Made by a program: the position numbers and the translations under genes. Positions 45,962 to 56,973 of a stretch of 64,000 nt of DNA are shown piece after piece. The notes below the pieces were generated by a model, which was given only the letters and a program-made list of their open reading frames with translations, was not told where the DNA came from and ran no database searches. Each line of letters opens with the position of its first letter. The first letter of the stretch is position 1. Source of the stretch: an uncultured Anaerolineales bacterium (lineage in GTDB: Bacteria; Chloroflexota; Anaerolineae; UBA7937); the NCBI GenBank assembly GCA_964383935.1, contig CAYLIE010000001.1, positions 148,543-212,542 on the forward strand, read 5' to 3'.

Positions 45962-47098
45962 TTATTCAGAGACCTTCTCGGTCTCCGGTTTCTCCTCTAG
46001 CGGTATCTCTTCGAGAAGGAGAGGGGGTTGCGCCAAGACTTCCTCCGTCTGGAGGAATTTCCGGTATAGGTATCCTCCCAGGATGCGCGCGCTGCCCAGC
46101 ACTGGGGCCGCTAAGAAGATGCCCAGGATCCCTCCTACCATCGCTCCCCCGATAGCCCCCACGATGACCACCATAGGGTGGAGGTTGACACTCCTTCCGA
46201 TGATGCGGGGTACGAAGAAGTTATTCTCCACCTGTTGAATGGCCACGTAGAGGCCAGCCACCAAAAGAGTGAACCAGCCATTGCTCAGAGCCAGATGCTC
46301 TGAGCCTAGGAAGAAGGCTAGGGTCACAGCCGGCAGAGCAGCCAAGGCGGGCCCCAAGTTGGGGATTATCTCCAAGATACCGGCTAGTATCCCTAGGAGC
46401 AAGGCGTTCTTCACCCCCACGATCCACACGGCAACCGCGGTGATGCCCCCCACTGCCGAGGAGAGGATGATTTGACCCCGGAGGAAGGAATCCCATATCT
46501 CGCCTATCTCCTCCATCAGTTGGCTCAACTCTTCCTGGTATTCAGGAGGGGCCAGCCCTCCGAGGTAGGAGGTGATCTGGCCTGCGTCTTTGAGAAGGTA
46601 GAAAGAGATGATGAGGATAAAGATAAGCCAAAGGGCACTGGAGGCCGCTCCCCGCAAAATAGTCACCGATTGGGAAGCCAGGGAACCCACGAGGGTAGCC
46701 AACTCGCCTTGGATATCTACGAAGACGCGGTAGAGATCAATGGAAAAACCGAGGAACTCCACCGTCCGATACCTAGCTATGAGTTGACGAAGGCTCTCGA
46801 GGATGGCTGTGAAGTCCACGTCGATGGAGATGAGTTGTTGTACTAAAGGGGGAACCAGTATGGAAGGAATAGCCACAAGGGCGAATATGAGGAGGAGGTA
46901 GATTATGATGGTGGCTCCAGTGCGGGAAAGTTTGGCTTTTCTTAGGAGCCCCACCAAGGGGTTGAGGATATAGGCTAAAAGCATCGCCAGGACCAGAGGC
47001 GCCAACACTGAGCGGACTCGGTAAAGAACCAAGCCCCCAAATATTATAGCGCCGGCGGCTATCAACCGCTTGGCTTGAGGGCTCCATGGCTTAGACAA
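45962..47098 (-). CDS. AI-2E family transporter (UPF0118/PerM-like)
   Basis: About 8 TM helices, with the family-typical LNPLV and GLLGILLAAP-like segments. Confidence 0.7.
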   Translation of the reverse strand: MSKPWSPQAKRLIAAGAIIFGGLVLYRVRSVLAPLVLAMLLAYILNPLVGLLRKAKLSRTGATIIIYLLLIFALVAIPSILVPPLVQQLISIDVDFTAILESLRQLIARYRTVEFLGFSIDLYRVFVDIQGELATLVGSLASQSVTILRGAASSALWLIFILIISFYLLKDAGQITSYLGGLAPPEYQEELSQLMEEIGEIWDSFLRGQIILSSAVGGITAVAVWIVGVKNALLLGILAGILEIIPNLGPALAALPAVTLAFFLGSEHLALSNGWFTLLVAGLYVAIQQVENNFFVPRIIGRSVNLHPMVVIVGAIGGAMVGGILGIFLAAPVLGSARILGGYLYRKFLQTEEVLAQPPLLLEEIPLEEKPETEKVSE

Positions 47099-47157
47099 AG
47101 AGGCCTCCTCTCTCCCATTCTATAACACTCTTGCGCTGGTAGCAAGGCAGATACGGT

Positions 47158-49884
47158 TTAAAGAGCTAGTGATCGCTGTCTTCGGAGGAAGAGTTTAGTG
47201 ACCTCGGCGACGACGGAGGGCAAGAGAAGCAGGGGAATCATCACCGCCCACTCTTTCCAGCCCAAAAAGGCAGTATCGAATATTGGATCCAAGAAAGGGA
47301 GATAGATTATCGTTAGAAGGATGACCACAGAGGCTAGAACCGCCCATTGCATATATCGGTTGGAGAGGGGGCCGATGGACCAGACAGAGTACCGCTCCGA
47401 GCGGGAGGTGTAGGCTCGCAGGAGTTCTGAGGTGGATAGCGTGGCGAAAGCCATGGTCTGGGCTGCTGAGAGGTTATTAGGGAACCAGTCGAGCCCCACC
47501 CTGAAGGCGATAAGGGTGACGGTGGTAATGGCGATCCCCTGGATGATGATCCCCCAGCCCATCTCTCGGTTGATGACCGGCTCATCGACAGGGCGAGGCG
47601 GCTGTTCCATAATATCTGGCTCTCCCTTCTCCAAGCCTAGGGCCAGGGCCGGAGCCCCATCGGTGATCAGGTTAAGCACCAGAAGTTGAATGGCCGTTAA
47701 CGGTAGAGGCCAGCCCACCATCATAGCCAGGAAGATGACCAGGATCTCGGCTATATTGCAGGAAAGGAGGTAGAAGACGAACTTGCGGATATTGGAGTAG
47801 ATGATCCGCCCCTCTTCCACGGCGGAGACGATGCTGGCATAATTGTCGTCGGTGAGTACCATGTCCGCCGTCTCTTTGGAGACGTCGGTGCCGGTAACCC
47901 CCATAGCCACACCGATATCGGCCCGCTTCAGGGCGGGGGCGTCGTTTGCCCCATCGCCGGTCATGGCTACCACCTGGCTTTTCCCCTTCAATGCCTCCAC
48001 GATCCGCACCTTATGCTGGGGGGAGACCCGCGCGTAGACGTCGAACTCCTCGACACGGCCCGCGAACTCCATCTCATCCATGCGATCCAGCTCGGCCCCG
48101 GTGAGAAGGTTTCCCTCTTTGGGGGATAGTTCTAAATCCTTGGCGATAGCCATCGCCGTGTCGGGATAGTCGCCGGTGATCATCACCGTGCGGATCCCCG
48201 CCCCTCGGGCCAGGGCGATAGCCTCTCGCACTTCGAGCCGAGGAGGATCGATCATCCCCAAGAGGCCTACGAAGACGAGATCTTGTTCCACCTGATCCGC
48301 CTGGGGCTCTTTCGGCAGTTCCTTCAAACGTCGATAGGCTACCCCCAGCAGGCGGAGGGCTTGGCTAGCCAGAGAGGCGTTCACCTGAACTATCTTATTA
48401 CGCCTTTCTGGGTTTAGCGGCTCCTCCCGACCTCGCACATAGACTCGGTCGCACAGTTGGAGCACCACATCTGGTCCCCCCTTAATGTAGGCCACATAAC
48501 CTTTGGTGATTGGATCCAGGTGGATGGTGGTCATCCGTTTCCGCTCCGCCTCGAAGGGGATCTCCGCCAGACGGGGCTGAACCTCCTCCACCTCTTCCTT
48601 CCAGAGCCCTGCCTTGGCTGCTGCCACCACTAACGCCCCCTCGGTGGGGTCGCCCACCAACCGGTAGGTCCGCTGGGTATCTAGCCCGCTGGTCTCCAGA
48701 TAGGCGTCGTTACAGAGCAGAGCCCCGCGCAAAAGGAGTTGGGCTCCGGGGTACCCCTCCAGATCCACCGGCTGGCCATCCCGACGAAACTCGCCTTCAG
48801 GGTGGTAGCCTTCTCCGGTGAGCCCCAGGAGGGAATCGTCGGCCCAGAGACGAACCACGACCATCTGGTTTTGGGTCATGGTACCCGTCTTATCGGCACA
48901 GATGATGGTGGCGCTGCCCAAAGTCTCTACCGCGGTCAACTTGCGTAAGAGGGCGTGGCGTTTGATCATCCGCTGCATCCCCAGGGCTAGGCAGATGGTG
49001 ACCACGGCGGGCAAGCCCTCGGGTACAGCGGCGATGGCCAAACTCACAGCCACGAGGAACATCTCTAGCCACTGGACTTCCCGCAAGAGGCCGACCAGAA
49101 AGACGACCCCACAGACAGAGAGGCAGATAACCCCTAGCCATCTGCCCAGTTGGTTCAACTTCATCTGAAGAGGGGTGGGTTCCTCCTCATAAGATTGGAT
49201 CATCTCGGCGATGAGACCGATCTGGGTGTGCATCCCCGTGGCGAAGACCACGCCCCGCCCCCGGCCATAGGTGATCAAGGTCCCCATGTAGGCCGAGTTA
49301 CTCCGATCGCCTAGGGGGATCTCTCGGTCGAGAACGACCTCCGCCCTCTTTCGCACGGGTATCGATTCGCCGGTGAGAGAGGCCTCACTGATCTGGAGGT
49401 TGACACTTTCCACCAACCTCACATCGGCGGGGACGTAATTGCCGCTCTCCAATAAGACGAGATCCCCAGGTACCACCTCTGGGGCGGGGATGGTCTGGCG
49501 ATGGCCATCGCGGATCACTCGGGCTTCGGGGGCGGTCATCCGCTTAAGGGCCGCTAGCGCCTCCTCTGCTTTGGACTCCTGGACGACGCCTAGTACCGCA
49601 TTGAGGATGACGATGGCCAAAATAGCGATCGCTTCGACATAGTCGCCCAGAAGAAAGGAGACTAGGCTAGCGGCGATGAGGATGAGGACCAAAAAGTTAT
49701 TGAACTGGTCCCAGAGCATCCGCCAGAAGCCTGGCCGGGGTACCTCTCGCAACAGGTTAGGCCCATAGCGATCCAGGCGATGGGCTGCCTCCTTGGCGGT
49801 GAGCCCTCTCTGGAGGTGAGTATTGAATTTAGCTGCGACCTCGCCAGCCTCTTGGCTATGCCAGGCTACATCTTTCTTTTCCAT
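47158..49884 (-). CDS. P-type ATPase, P2-type cation (Ca2+-type) transporter
   Basis: ICADKTGTMTQN (DKTGT phosphorylation site), TGDGANDAPAL and MTGDG. 908 aa with 10 predicted TM helices. Confidence 0.85.
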   Translation of the reverse strand: MEKKDVAWHSQEAGEVAAKFNTHLQRGLTAKEAAHRLDRYGPNLLREVPRPGFWRMLWDQFNNFLVLILIAASLVSFLLGDYVEAIAILAIVILNAVLGVVQESKAEEALAALKRMTAPEARVIRDGHRQTIPAPEVVPGDLVLLESGNYVPADVRLVESVNLQISEASLTGESIPVRKRAEVVLDREIPLGDRSNSAYMGTLITYGRGRGVVFATGMHTQIGLIAEMIQSYEEEPTPLQMKLNQLGRWLGVICLSVCGVVFLVGLLREVQWLEMFLVAVSLAIAAVPEGLPAVVTICLALGMQRMIKRHALLRKLTAVETLGSATIICADKTGTMTQNQMVVVRLWADDSLLGLTGEGYHPEGEFRRDGQPVDLEGYPGAQLLLRGALLCNDAYLETSGLDTQRTYRLVGDPTEGALVVAAAKAGLWKEEVEEVQPRLAEIPFEAERKRMTTIHLDPITKGYVAYIKGGPDVVLQLCDRVYVRGREEPLNPERRNKIVQVNASLASQALRLLGVAYRRLKELPKEPQADQVEQDLVFVGLLGMIDPPRLEVREAIALARGAGIRTVMITGDYPDTAMAIAKDLELSPKEGNLLTGAELDRMDEMEFAGRVEEFDVYARVSPQHKVRIVEALKGKSQVVAMTGDGANDAPALKRADIGVAMGVTGTDVSKETADMVLTDDNYASIVSAVEEGRIIYSNIRKFVFYLLSCNIAEILVIFLAMMVGWPLPLTAIQLLVLNLITDGAPALALGLEKGEPDIMEQPPRPVDEPVINREMGWGIIIQGIAITTVTLIAFRVGLDWFPNNLSAAQTMAFATLSTSELLRAYTSRSERYSVWSIGPLSNRYMQWAVLASVVILLTIIYLPFLDPIFDTAFLGWKEWAVMIPLLLLPSVVAEVTKLFLRRQRSLAL

Positions 49885-50050
49885 GGGCGAAAAAAGCGCA
49901 AGAAAAGGACGTTGCTACAGGAGCTACGTCAACCTTCCATGCCCAGAAGTTTCTTAACTAAGTATCCCACTTAGGTGTTTGATTGGAGTAAGAACGCAGT
50001 TAGAAATCGGTTAGAAATACAAAATCCCAAAAAGCACATCTAACCGCCCT

Positions 50051-52207
50051 CTAACGAGGCCGTCTCTGTCCACCGCGGTTTCGGGAGTGGGGCCTTCTAG
50101 TGGGCCGGCGGTCCATGGCTCTGGCTTTCTCCGGGGTCCAACCCTCCAGCACCGCCCGCCGCGAGAGCCGGATCTTATCCTCGGCGTCGATATCGATCAC
50201 CATCACCATGATCTCATCGCCTACATGAACCACATCTTCTACACTTGGCACTCGGTAATCGGCCAGCTGTGAGATATGAACTAACCCCTCTCTACCGGGC
50301 AGGATCTCCACGAAGGCGCCGAAGTCTGTTACTCGCACCACCCTGCCGGTATAGATCTTGCCTACCTCTGGCTCCTCGGTCAGGCCTTTGATCATAGCCA
50401 CCGCCTCCTCGCTCGAAGCCCCATCAGTGGAAGCGATGAAGACCGTCCCGTCATCCTCTACATCGATCTTGGCCCCTGTCTCCTCCACGATCTTGCGGAT
50501 GGTCTTGCCCCGGGGTCCGATGATGAGGCCGATCTTCTCTGGATCTATCTTGATTAAAGTGATCCGCGGAGCGTGGGGGGAGAGTTCCTTGCGGGGCTGA
50601 GATATCGTCTCCGCCATCTTGTCTAGGATGAAAAGCCGGGCCTCCCGAGCCTGGGCTAGCGCCTCCTCCAAAATCTGATAATCGACGCCTTGCCCCTTGA
50701 TATCCATCTGTAGAGCGGTGATTCCCTCTCTTGTGCCCGCCACCTTGAAGTCCATCTCTCCTACCGCATCCTCTAGCCCTTGAATATCGGTGAGGATGGC
50801 ATATCGCCCACCTTCCTGAACGAGGCCCATAGCGATACCGGCCACAGGAGCCTTGATAGGAACCCCTGTGTCCATGAGAGCCACGCTGCTAGAGCAGACA
50901 CTGGCCATGGAGGTAGAGCCGTTGGAGGAGAGCACCTCCGAGACCAGCCGGATGGTGTAGGGGAACTCCTCCTCATCAGGAATGACGGGGAGAAGCGCCT
51001 GCTCGGCTAAAGCCCCATGACCGATCTCTCTCCGCTTAGGAGCCCGGAGGAACCAAGTTTCCCCGGTGCTATAAGGTGGGAAGTTATAATGGTGTATATA
51101 CCTCTTCGATTCTTCCTTAGTCAAGCCGTTCAGCCTCTGTTCGTCGCTCACCGTACCCAGGGTAGCAATGGTGAGGACTTGGGTCTCCCCCCGGCTAAAG
51201 AGGCCTGAGCCATGGGCGCGAGGTAGAAGCCCTACCTCGCAAGAGATGGGCCGGATCTGGGTGTTAGTCCGACCATCGGGTCGGGTCCCCTCCCCGAGGA
51301 TCGACTCTCGAATCTTCTCCTTCATCACTTCATCAAAGGCCGCCTCGATCACCTCGGGAGGGAAATCGAGTTGAGAGAGCAACTCCTCTCGTAGACCATC
51401 TAACGCCTGCCGCCGCTCTCCTTTCTCTTTCGTTCCCCTTATCGTCTCCAAAACCCGACCAGCGGTCCGCATGCGGACTGCCTCTTCCACTTCCTGGGGG
51501 GTTTGGAAGAAAATGTAGTCTCTCTTCGGCTTGCCGATCTCTGCGACCATCTGCTCTTGAAGGGCGATCACGTTTTGCATCGCTTGGTGACCGGCTTTGA
51601 GAGCGCCCAGGATCACCTCCTCGGTCACCTGGTTGGCCCCCGCCTCTACCATATGGATCGCCTCCCTGGTGCCAGCCAAGCGCAAATCGAGAGGACTTCC
51701 CTCCATCTGGCTAGCGGTGGGGTTGAAGACATATTGACCCTCCACGAGGCCGATGCGCACCGCGCCAACCGGCCCGCCGAAGGGGAGATCAGAGATGACT
51801 AGGGCCGCCGAAGCGCCTATCACCGACAGGATATCCAGGTAGGTCTCTTGATCGGCGGAGAGGGCGGTGATGATGATCTGGATATCGTTCCTCACCCCTT
51901 GGGGGAAGATGGGGCGGAGTGCCCTATCGGTGAGTCGGCAAAGAAGGATAGCCTGTTCCGTGGGACGCCCTTCGCGCTTGAAGAAGCCGCCAGGGATCTT
52001 GCCCGCAGCATAGAGTCTTTCCTCATAATCTACGATGAGGGGAAGGAAATCGGTGCCTTCGCGGGGCTCTTTGGAGGCCGTAGCTGTGGCCAGGATCACA
52101 GTATCTCCTGAACGCACAGTTACAGCACCCCCAGCCTGGCCAGCCAACTTACCCGTCTCTATGCTAATGGGGTGGTCTCCAATAGCGATTTTATATCGTT
52201 TTTCCAT
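50051..52207 (-). CDS. pnp: Polyribonucleotide nucleotidyltransferase (PNPase)
   Basis: [30 protein letters not shown]-terminus, two RNase PH domains, then KH and S1 domains at the C-terminus. The start was taken at the ATG after GGAGGAAAGG rather than at the upstream track Met. Confidence 0.9.
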   Translation of the reverse strand: MEKRYKIAIGDHPISIETGKLAGQAGGAVTVRSGDTVILATATASKEPREGTDFLPLIVDYEERLYAAGKIPGGFFKREGRPTEQAILLCRLTDRALRPIFPQGVRNDIQIIITALSADQETYLDILSVIGASAALVISDLPFGGPVGAVRIGLVEGQYVFNPTASQMEGSPLDLRLAGTREAIHMVEAGANQVTEEVILGALKAGHQAMQNVIALQEQMVAEIGKPKRDYIFFQTPQEVEEAVRMRTAGRVLETIRGTKEKGERRQALDGLREELLSQLDFPPEVIEAAFDEVMKEKIRESILGEGTRPDGRTNTQIRPISCEVGLLPRAHGSGLFSRGETQVLTIATLGTVSDEQRLNGLTKEESKRYIHHYNFPPYSTGETWFLRAPKRREIGHGALAEQALLPVIPDEEEFPYTIRLVSEVLSSNGSTSMASVCSSSVALMDTGVPIKAPVAGIAMGLVQEGGRYAILTDIQGLEDAVGEMDFKVAGTREGITALQMDIKGQGVDYQILEEALAQAREARLFILDKMAETISQPRKELSPHAPRITLIKIDPEKIGLIIGPRGKTIRKIVEETGAKIDVEDDGTVFIASTDGASSEEAVAMIKGLTEEPEVGKIYTGRVVRVTDFGAFVEILPGREGLVHISQLADYRVPSVEDVVHVGDEIMVMVIDIDAEDKIRLSRRAVLEGWTPEKARAMDRRPTRRPHSRNRGGQRRPR

Positions 52208-52359
52208 TTTTCCTTTCCTCCAAGTCTGGCCAGGCTTAGAGGTCAAGGACTGGGGACTGAACCCCACCGGAGTGGGTCCCACTCCCCAATTCCTGGCCTT
52301 CCAAGCCTGACCTTGATTAATGCCCTAGGGTTGTTTCAGGTTCAGCCTCACCTCTCTTT

Positions 52360-52629
52360 CTACCTTCGTAAGCCTAAGCGGGCTATGATCTCCTTATACC
52401 GCTCTGGATCCGTCTTGCTCAAGTAATCGAGATGCCGTCTCCGCCGCCCGACCATCTTGATCAGCCCCCGGCGGGAGTGCTCGTCGTGCTTATGCATCTT
52501 GAGGTGTTCCACCAGTTGGTCGATCTTGGTGGTGAGGAGGGCTATCTGGACCTCCGGTGATCCGGTATCCTTCGGGTGCAGGTGATGTCGCTCGATGATC
52601 GATTCCTTCTCGCTCTTGCTAAGCCCCAC
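52360..52629 (-). CDS. rpsO: 30S ribosomal protein S15
   Basis: [37 protein letters not shown] is canonical S15. GTG start; immediately upstream of pnp. Confidence 0.9.
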   Translation of the reverse strand: MGLSKSEKESIIERHHLHPKDTGSPEVQIALLTTKIDQLVEHLKMHKHDEHSRRGLIKMVGRRRRHLDYLSKTDPERYKEIIARLGLRR

Positions 52630-52769
52630 CTCTACTCTCCCAAAAATCCATATTATTTCAAATTATATCATAGATAACCCCCTCTTGCAAATAGAGGCTT
52701 GACCCCGAAAGTGAACCTTTCCTTGCTCGTCTCTGTGTAAGAGTATTAGAGAACGGCCCTTTCATCCAT

Positions 52770-52798
52770 TTGACAGGTTTGCCATATTGTGCTAAACT
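52770..52798 (+). promoter_or_regulatory. Sigma70-like promoter (TTGACA, 17 nt, TAAACT) upstream of the ABC substrate-binding protein gene
   Basis: TTGACAGGTTTGCCATATTGTGCTAAACT lies 100 nt upstream of the ATG at 52901. Confidence 0.35.
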
Positions 52799-52900
52799 TT
52801 GTTATCAAAATGGATTCAAGGTCGAGTCAGGGGGGGAAGGAGGTGGTGGAATTACGGTTATTAGAGTATCGAAGGTTATCATGTCAAAAGGAGGAAAAAG

Positions 52901-54484
52901 ATGTTTAGGAGAGGATGGCTGTTACTGGCTGGCTTCTTAGTTGTGCTTACCCTCGTTTTGGGGGCTTGTGCGCCAGCGGCTACGCCGACCCCTGCCCCTG
53001 CAGCGGCTACACCGACCCCGCCGCCTCCACCGCCTGCTGAGCCGCTGATCATCGGCACCACCGACAGCGTCACCGACCTAGACCCGGGAGAGACCTACGA
53101 CTTCCACACCTGGGAGATCTTCTACAACGTCGCAGAGGGGCTGCTCACCTACATCCCTGGCTCCACAGAACTGACACCGGGGTTGGCAGAGGCCTGGCCC
53201 GAGGCTAGCGAGGATGGTACAGAGTGGACCTTCAAGCTGCGACCGGGGATGGTTTTCAACGATGGCACACCCGTAAACGCCGAGGCCGTCAAGTGGTCCC
53301 TGGACCGGGTGGTGAGGTTGGAGGGTGACCCCAACTGGCTGGTTTCAGCCTTTCTTGACCACGTGGAGGTTATCGACGATCTCACCGTCAAGATCGTGCT
53401 CCAGAACCCGGTTGGCTTCTTCCCCTACCTGACAGCGGTTACCCCCTGGATGCCCGTCAGCCCCAACTGCTACTCCGAGGATCAGTTCGATAGCGATAGC
53501 ACTTGTGGCGGAAACGGCCCCTACAAGATCGTCAGATGGGAGAGGGATGTGGAGATGGAGTTGGAGGCCAACCCCGATTATTATGGTACACCTCCCGCAT
53601 GGCCTACCATTATCGTGCGCTACTTCGCCGATGCCACCACCATGAGGCTGGCCCTAGAGAATGGGGAGATAGATGTGGCCTGGAAGACCCTGCTGCCCAC
53701 GGACTACATAGACCTGGCGGCGAATCCAGACCTTAGCGTCATCGAGAGCCCGGGAGCGTACATCCGATACATCTGCATCAACGCCACTACCCCACCCTTT
53801 GACGATATCAGGGTGAAGCAGGCGCTCTCTTTGGCCATCGACCGGGATGACATCGCGGAGACGGTCTTCCTGGGGACGCACCAGCCCCTCTATAGCATGG
53901 TGCCCATGGGGATGGTCGGTCACATCGACGCCTTCCCTGGGCGCGACTTGGATGGGGCCAGAGAACTCCTGACCGAGGCTGGTTTCAGTGAGGATAACCC
54001 CTTAGTCATGGACCTCTGGTGGACTCCTACCCACTATGGGGATACGGAGGCCGATGTGGCAACCTTGCTGAAGGGCGACTTGGAGGAGACCGGGATGATC
54101 CAGGTTAACCTCCAGAGCGCCGAGTGGGCCACCTACACCGACTACTTCGGCCCCGGCACCATGCCCGTCTTCCTCTTGGGTTGGTATCCTGACTACTTGG
54201 ACCCGGATAACTACACTTGGTCGTTCGCGCACTCGGAGGCCGCTGATGACCTGGGGATCTTCTACGCCAGCGAAGAGATGGATGCGCTCCTAGAGGAGGC
54301 GCAGACAGAGACCGATATGGACACGCGGGTGGCTCTCTATGAGGATATCCAGGAGCTCTGGACCACAGAAGTCCCCACCATCCCCTTCACCCAAGGCTCT
54401 CTTTACGTAGTCACCCAGAAAAACGTCACCGGTGTCACGTTGGCTCCCTACATGCTCTTCCCTTACTTCTTGCTCTCCAAGTAG
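52901..54484 (+). CDS. ABC transporter substrate-binding lipoprotein, peptide/nickel (family 5, OppA/DppA-like)
   Basis: Lipobox LGAC, a Pro/Ala/Thr linker, and about 500 aa with SBP_bac_5-like composition. Confidence 0.8.
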   Translation: MFRRGWLLLAGFLVVLTLVLGACAPAATPTPAPAAATPTPPPPPPAEPLIIGTTDSVTDLDPGETYDFHTWEIFYNVAEGLLTYIPGSTELTPGLAEAWPEASEDGTEWTFKLRPGMVFNDGTPVNAEAVKWSLDRVVRLEGDPNWLVSAFLDHVEVIDDLTVKIVLQNPVGFFPYLTAVTPWMPVSPNCYSEDQFDSDSTCGGNGPYKIVRWERDVEMELEANPDYYGTPPAWPTIIVRYFADATTMRLALENGEIDVAWKTLLPTDYIDLAANPDLSVIESPGAYIRYICINATTPPFDDIRVKQALSLAIDRDDIAETVFLGTHQPLYSMVPMGMVGHIDAFPGRDLDGARELLTEAGFSEDNPLVMDLWWTPTHYGDTEADVATLLKGDLEETGMIQVNLQSAEWATYTDYFGPGTMPVFLLGWYPDYLDPDNYTWSFAHSEAADDLGIFYASEEMDALLEEAQTETDMDTRVALYEDIQELWTTEVPTIPFTQGSLYVVTQKNVTGVTLAPYMLFPYFLLSK

Positions 54485-54516
54485 CGAACATACCAAGTAG
54501 CACATCGTGAATTGCG

Positions 54517-54560
54517 AAGGGGCCTTGGCAGAGAGTACCCGCCAAGGCCCCTTTCTTTAT
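54517..54560 (+). terminator. Rho-independent terminator after the SBP gene
   Basis: AAGGGGCCTTGGC ... GCCAAGGCCCCTT is followed by TCTTTAT. Confidence 0.45.
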
Positions 54561-54696
54561 CTTCATAGTAGGTTGATATGGAGAGGGTTTCGTTTAACTT
54601 GCTTTGTATCCAAAGGTAGGTTATCCTTTTTATGTCACTGCGCAATCTATCTATCATCTATATGTGATACGGGTTGTAGTAGAAGGGGCATGAGAG

Positions 54697-56067
54697 ATGG
54701 CATCTTTACGTGCTTACATAATAACCCGCATCTTGTTGAGCATCCCCATGATTTTGATCCTGGTCACCTTGGTCTTTATCATCTTGAGGGTTATGCCTGG
54801 CGATCCGGTGCGGGCCACCATGAGGCCCGGTGCGGCTCCCGAATATGTCCAGGAGATAAGACACGATTTAGGGCTAGACAAACCGCTATTTTTCAACTTC
54901 CGAGGGAGTTGGGCCAAGCCTCTCTCCTCAACGGTGATCCTCCGCGACGGCCCCACCACCGCTGAGCTCCCAGCGCTCCTCTTGGAGGAGGGCAAGGAAC
55001 TATCTATCACCGATCGGGTCGCCACACCCGAGGGGGAATGGGTTAGGCTGGCCTCGGGCAAGGGCTTCCAGGGCTGGATCTCGCCAGAGAAGGTGAGTTG
55101 GCTCCGGCGGGTCAGTGCCGGGGTGACGGTCTTGGAGGAAGTCACCATCGACGACCGGAAGTGGGTAAAGGTAGCCATACCGGGGAGGGAGATAGAGGCC
55201 TGGGGCCCGGTGGAGGCGCTCCAGATCAGGATCAATATTTTTGATGGCCAATATTTCAACTACCTTTTTGGCCTTTTGCGCCTCGATCTGGGCACCTCCA
55301 TCGCCCCCGTACGGGGGAGGTCGGTGATCGGTGACCTTAAGGATAAGTTCCCGGCTACCCTCGAACTCTCTATCTTTTCCATAATCATCACTGTGCTCAT
55401 CGGCGTCTTCAGCGGAGCCTATGCCGCCCAGAGGAGGCGGAGCGTGGCCGACTACGGTTTGAGGATCTATAGCATCGTCATTTACGCTGTGCCGGTATTC
55501 TGGCTAGGGTTGATGTTACAGTTGATTTTCGGGGTTCGCTTAGGCTGGCTCCCTGTCTATGGGCGGACAGATACCCGGATGGCTCCTGAGACCATCACCG
55601 GACTCTTCGTGCTGGATAGCATATTGACCGCAAACCCAGCCAGCCTCATCAGCGCTATTAAGCACCTCATCCTCCCCTCCCTCACCCTTGGTTTGTACCT
55701 ATCTGGCGTTTTCACCCGCCTGACCAGGGGGAACATGCTGGATGTCCTCCAGCAAGATTTCATAACCGCCGCCAGGGCACGAGGGCTGTCGGAGAGGGTT
55801 GTGGTCTACAAACACGCTTTGAAGAACGCCTTCATCCCCATTCTCACCATGATAGGTTTGCAATTCGCCTTGCTTCTGGCGGGCGCGGTCCTCACTGAGA
55901 CTACCTTCTCCTGGCCAGGGATGGGACGCTTCCTGGTAGATAGGATTGCGTATCGTGACTTCCCATCGATCCAGGGAGGGGTGGTGTTCTTCGCCTTGCT
56001 GGTGACCGCGGTCAGCCTGGTGGTGGATATCATCTACGCTCAAGTCGACCCCCGTATTCGATATTGA
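54697..56067 (+). CDS. ABC transporter permease (OppB/DppB-like) with a roughly 125-aa inserted periplasmic domain
   Basis: The N-terminal TM segment and LGLDKP motif are normally followed within about 10 aa by the YF.YL..L..GDLG.S region. Here about 125 extra residues intervene, including GEWVRLASGKGFQGWISPEKVSWL, which looks like an SH3b/beta-sandwich fold. The rest is a typical BPD_transp_1 permease. Confidence 0.75.
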   Translation: MASLRAYIITRILLSIPMILILVTLVFIILRVMPGDPVRATMRPGAAPEYVQEIRHDLGLDKPLFFNFRGSWAKPLSSTVILRDGPTTAELPALLLEEGKELSITDRVATPEGEWVRLASGKGFQGWISPEKVSWLRRVSAGVTVLEEVTIDDRKWVKVAIPGREIEAWGPVEALQIRINIFDGQYFNYLFGLLRLDLGTSIAPVRGRSVIGDLKDKFPATLELSIFSIIITVLIGVFSGAYAAQRRRSVADYGLRIYSIVIYAVPVFWLGLMLQLIFGVRLGWLPVYGRTDTRMAPETITGLFVLDSILTANPASLISAIKHLILPSLTLGLYLSGVFTRLTRGNMLDVLQQDFITAARARGLSERVVVYKHALKNAFIPILTMIGLQFALLLAGAVLTETTFSWPGMGRFLVDRIAYRDFPSIQGGVVFFALLVTAVSLVVDIIYAQVDPRIRY

Positions 56068-56077
56068 GAGATGGCAG

Positions 56078-56968
56078 ATGGATAGAACAGTCACCGTGGA
56101 GAGGGTGGGGATCTTAGGCCGCCTTACGAGCGCCGCCAGATGGTATGGGACCGAATGGTATATGACGGTGGTGGGAGGGATCATCGTGGTCGCCGTCCTC
56201 GCCATCAGTCTGCTTTCGGCCTTCTATCCGGGGATGGCTCCCTACGATCCCGAGTTCACCGGCGGAACCCCCTTTTCCAGCCCCAGTAGGCAGCACTTGA
56301 TGGGGACGGACAATTTGGGGCGAGATGTCTTCAGCCGCATAGTATATGGAGCCAAAGTGGTGATGGCCGTTGCCCTCCTCTCCTCTGCCTTTTCGGCCAC
56401 GGTTGGCATCCCCCTGGGCCTCCTCTCTGGCTTCCTGGGGGGGAGGGTAGATAGGGTGCTCTCCCTCGTCATGGATAGTATCTACTCCTTCCCGGGACTC
56501 ATCTTGGCCATAGCCATGGCTGCCATGCTAGGCCCCGGGGTGATAAATATGTCTATCGCTATAGCGGTAGTCTATATCCCTACCTACTTCAGGATGGTAA
56601 GGGGGCAGGTCCTATCGGTGAAAGAGGAACTCTACGTGGAAGCCGCTAGAAGCTTGGGAGCCAGGGCGGCTGCAATACTACGCCTATATGTCTTCCCCAA
56701 CGTCATCCCTTCGGTGGTGGTCGTCTTCTCGGTTAATATCGCCGACGCCATCCTTACCGAGGCCGGGTTGAGTTTCCTAGGTCTAGGGATCGATCCCTCC
56801 CTGCCGGATTGGGGGTATGATCTTAGCCGGGGCAAAGCCTATCTGCCAGGAGGCTATTGGTGGATTATCACCTTCCCAGGGATGATGATAGCGTTGGTGG
56901 CTCTGGGGTTTAGTATGTTAGGTGAAGGTTTGAACGAGATCCTGAACCCCCGCCTCACGGAGAGATAG
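56078..56968 (+). CDS. ABC transporter permease (OppC/DppC-like)
   Basis: N-terminal OppC_N-like region and the permease EAA-like motif region, with the family's typical composition. Confidence 0.8.
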   Translation: MDRTVTVERVGILGRLTSAARWYGTEWYMTVVGGIIVVAVLAISLLSAFYPGMAPYDPEFTGGTPFSSPSRQHLMGTDNLGRDVFSRIVYGAKVVMAVALLSSAFSATVGIPLGLLSGFLGGRVDRVLSLVMDSIYSFPGLILAIAMAAMLGPGVINMSIAIAVVYIPTYFRMVRGQVLSVKEELYVEAARSLGARAAAILRLYVFPNVIPSVVVVFSVNIADAILTEAGLSFLGLGIDPSLPDWGYDLSRGKAYLPGGYWWIITFPGMMIALVALGFSMLGEGLNEILNPRLTER

Positions 56969-56973
56969 AAAGC

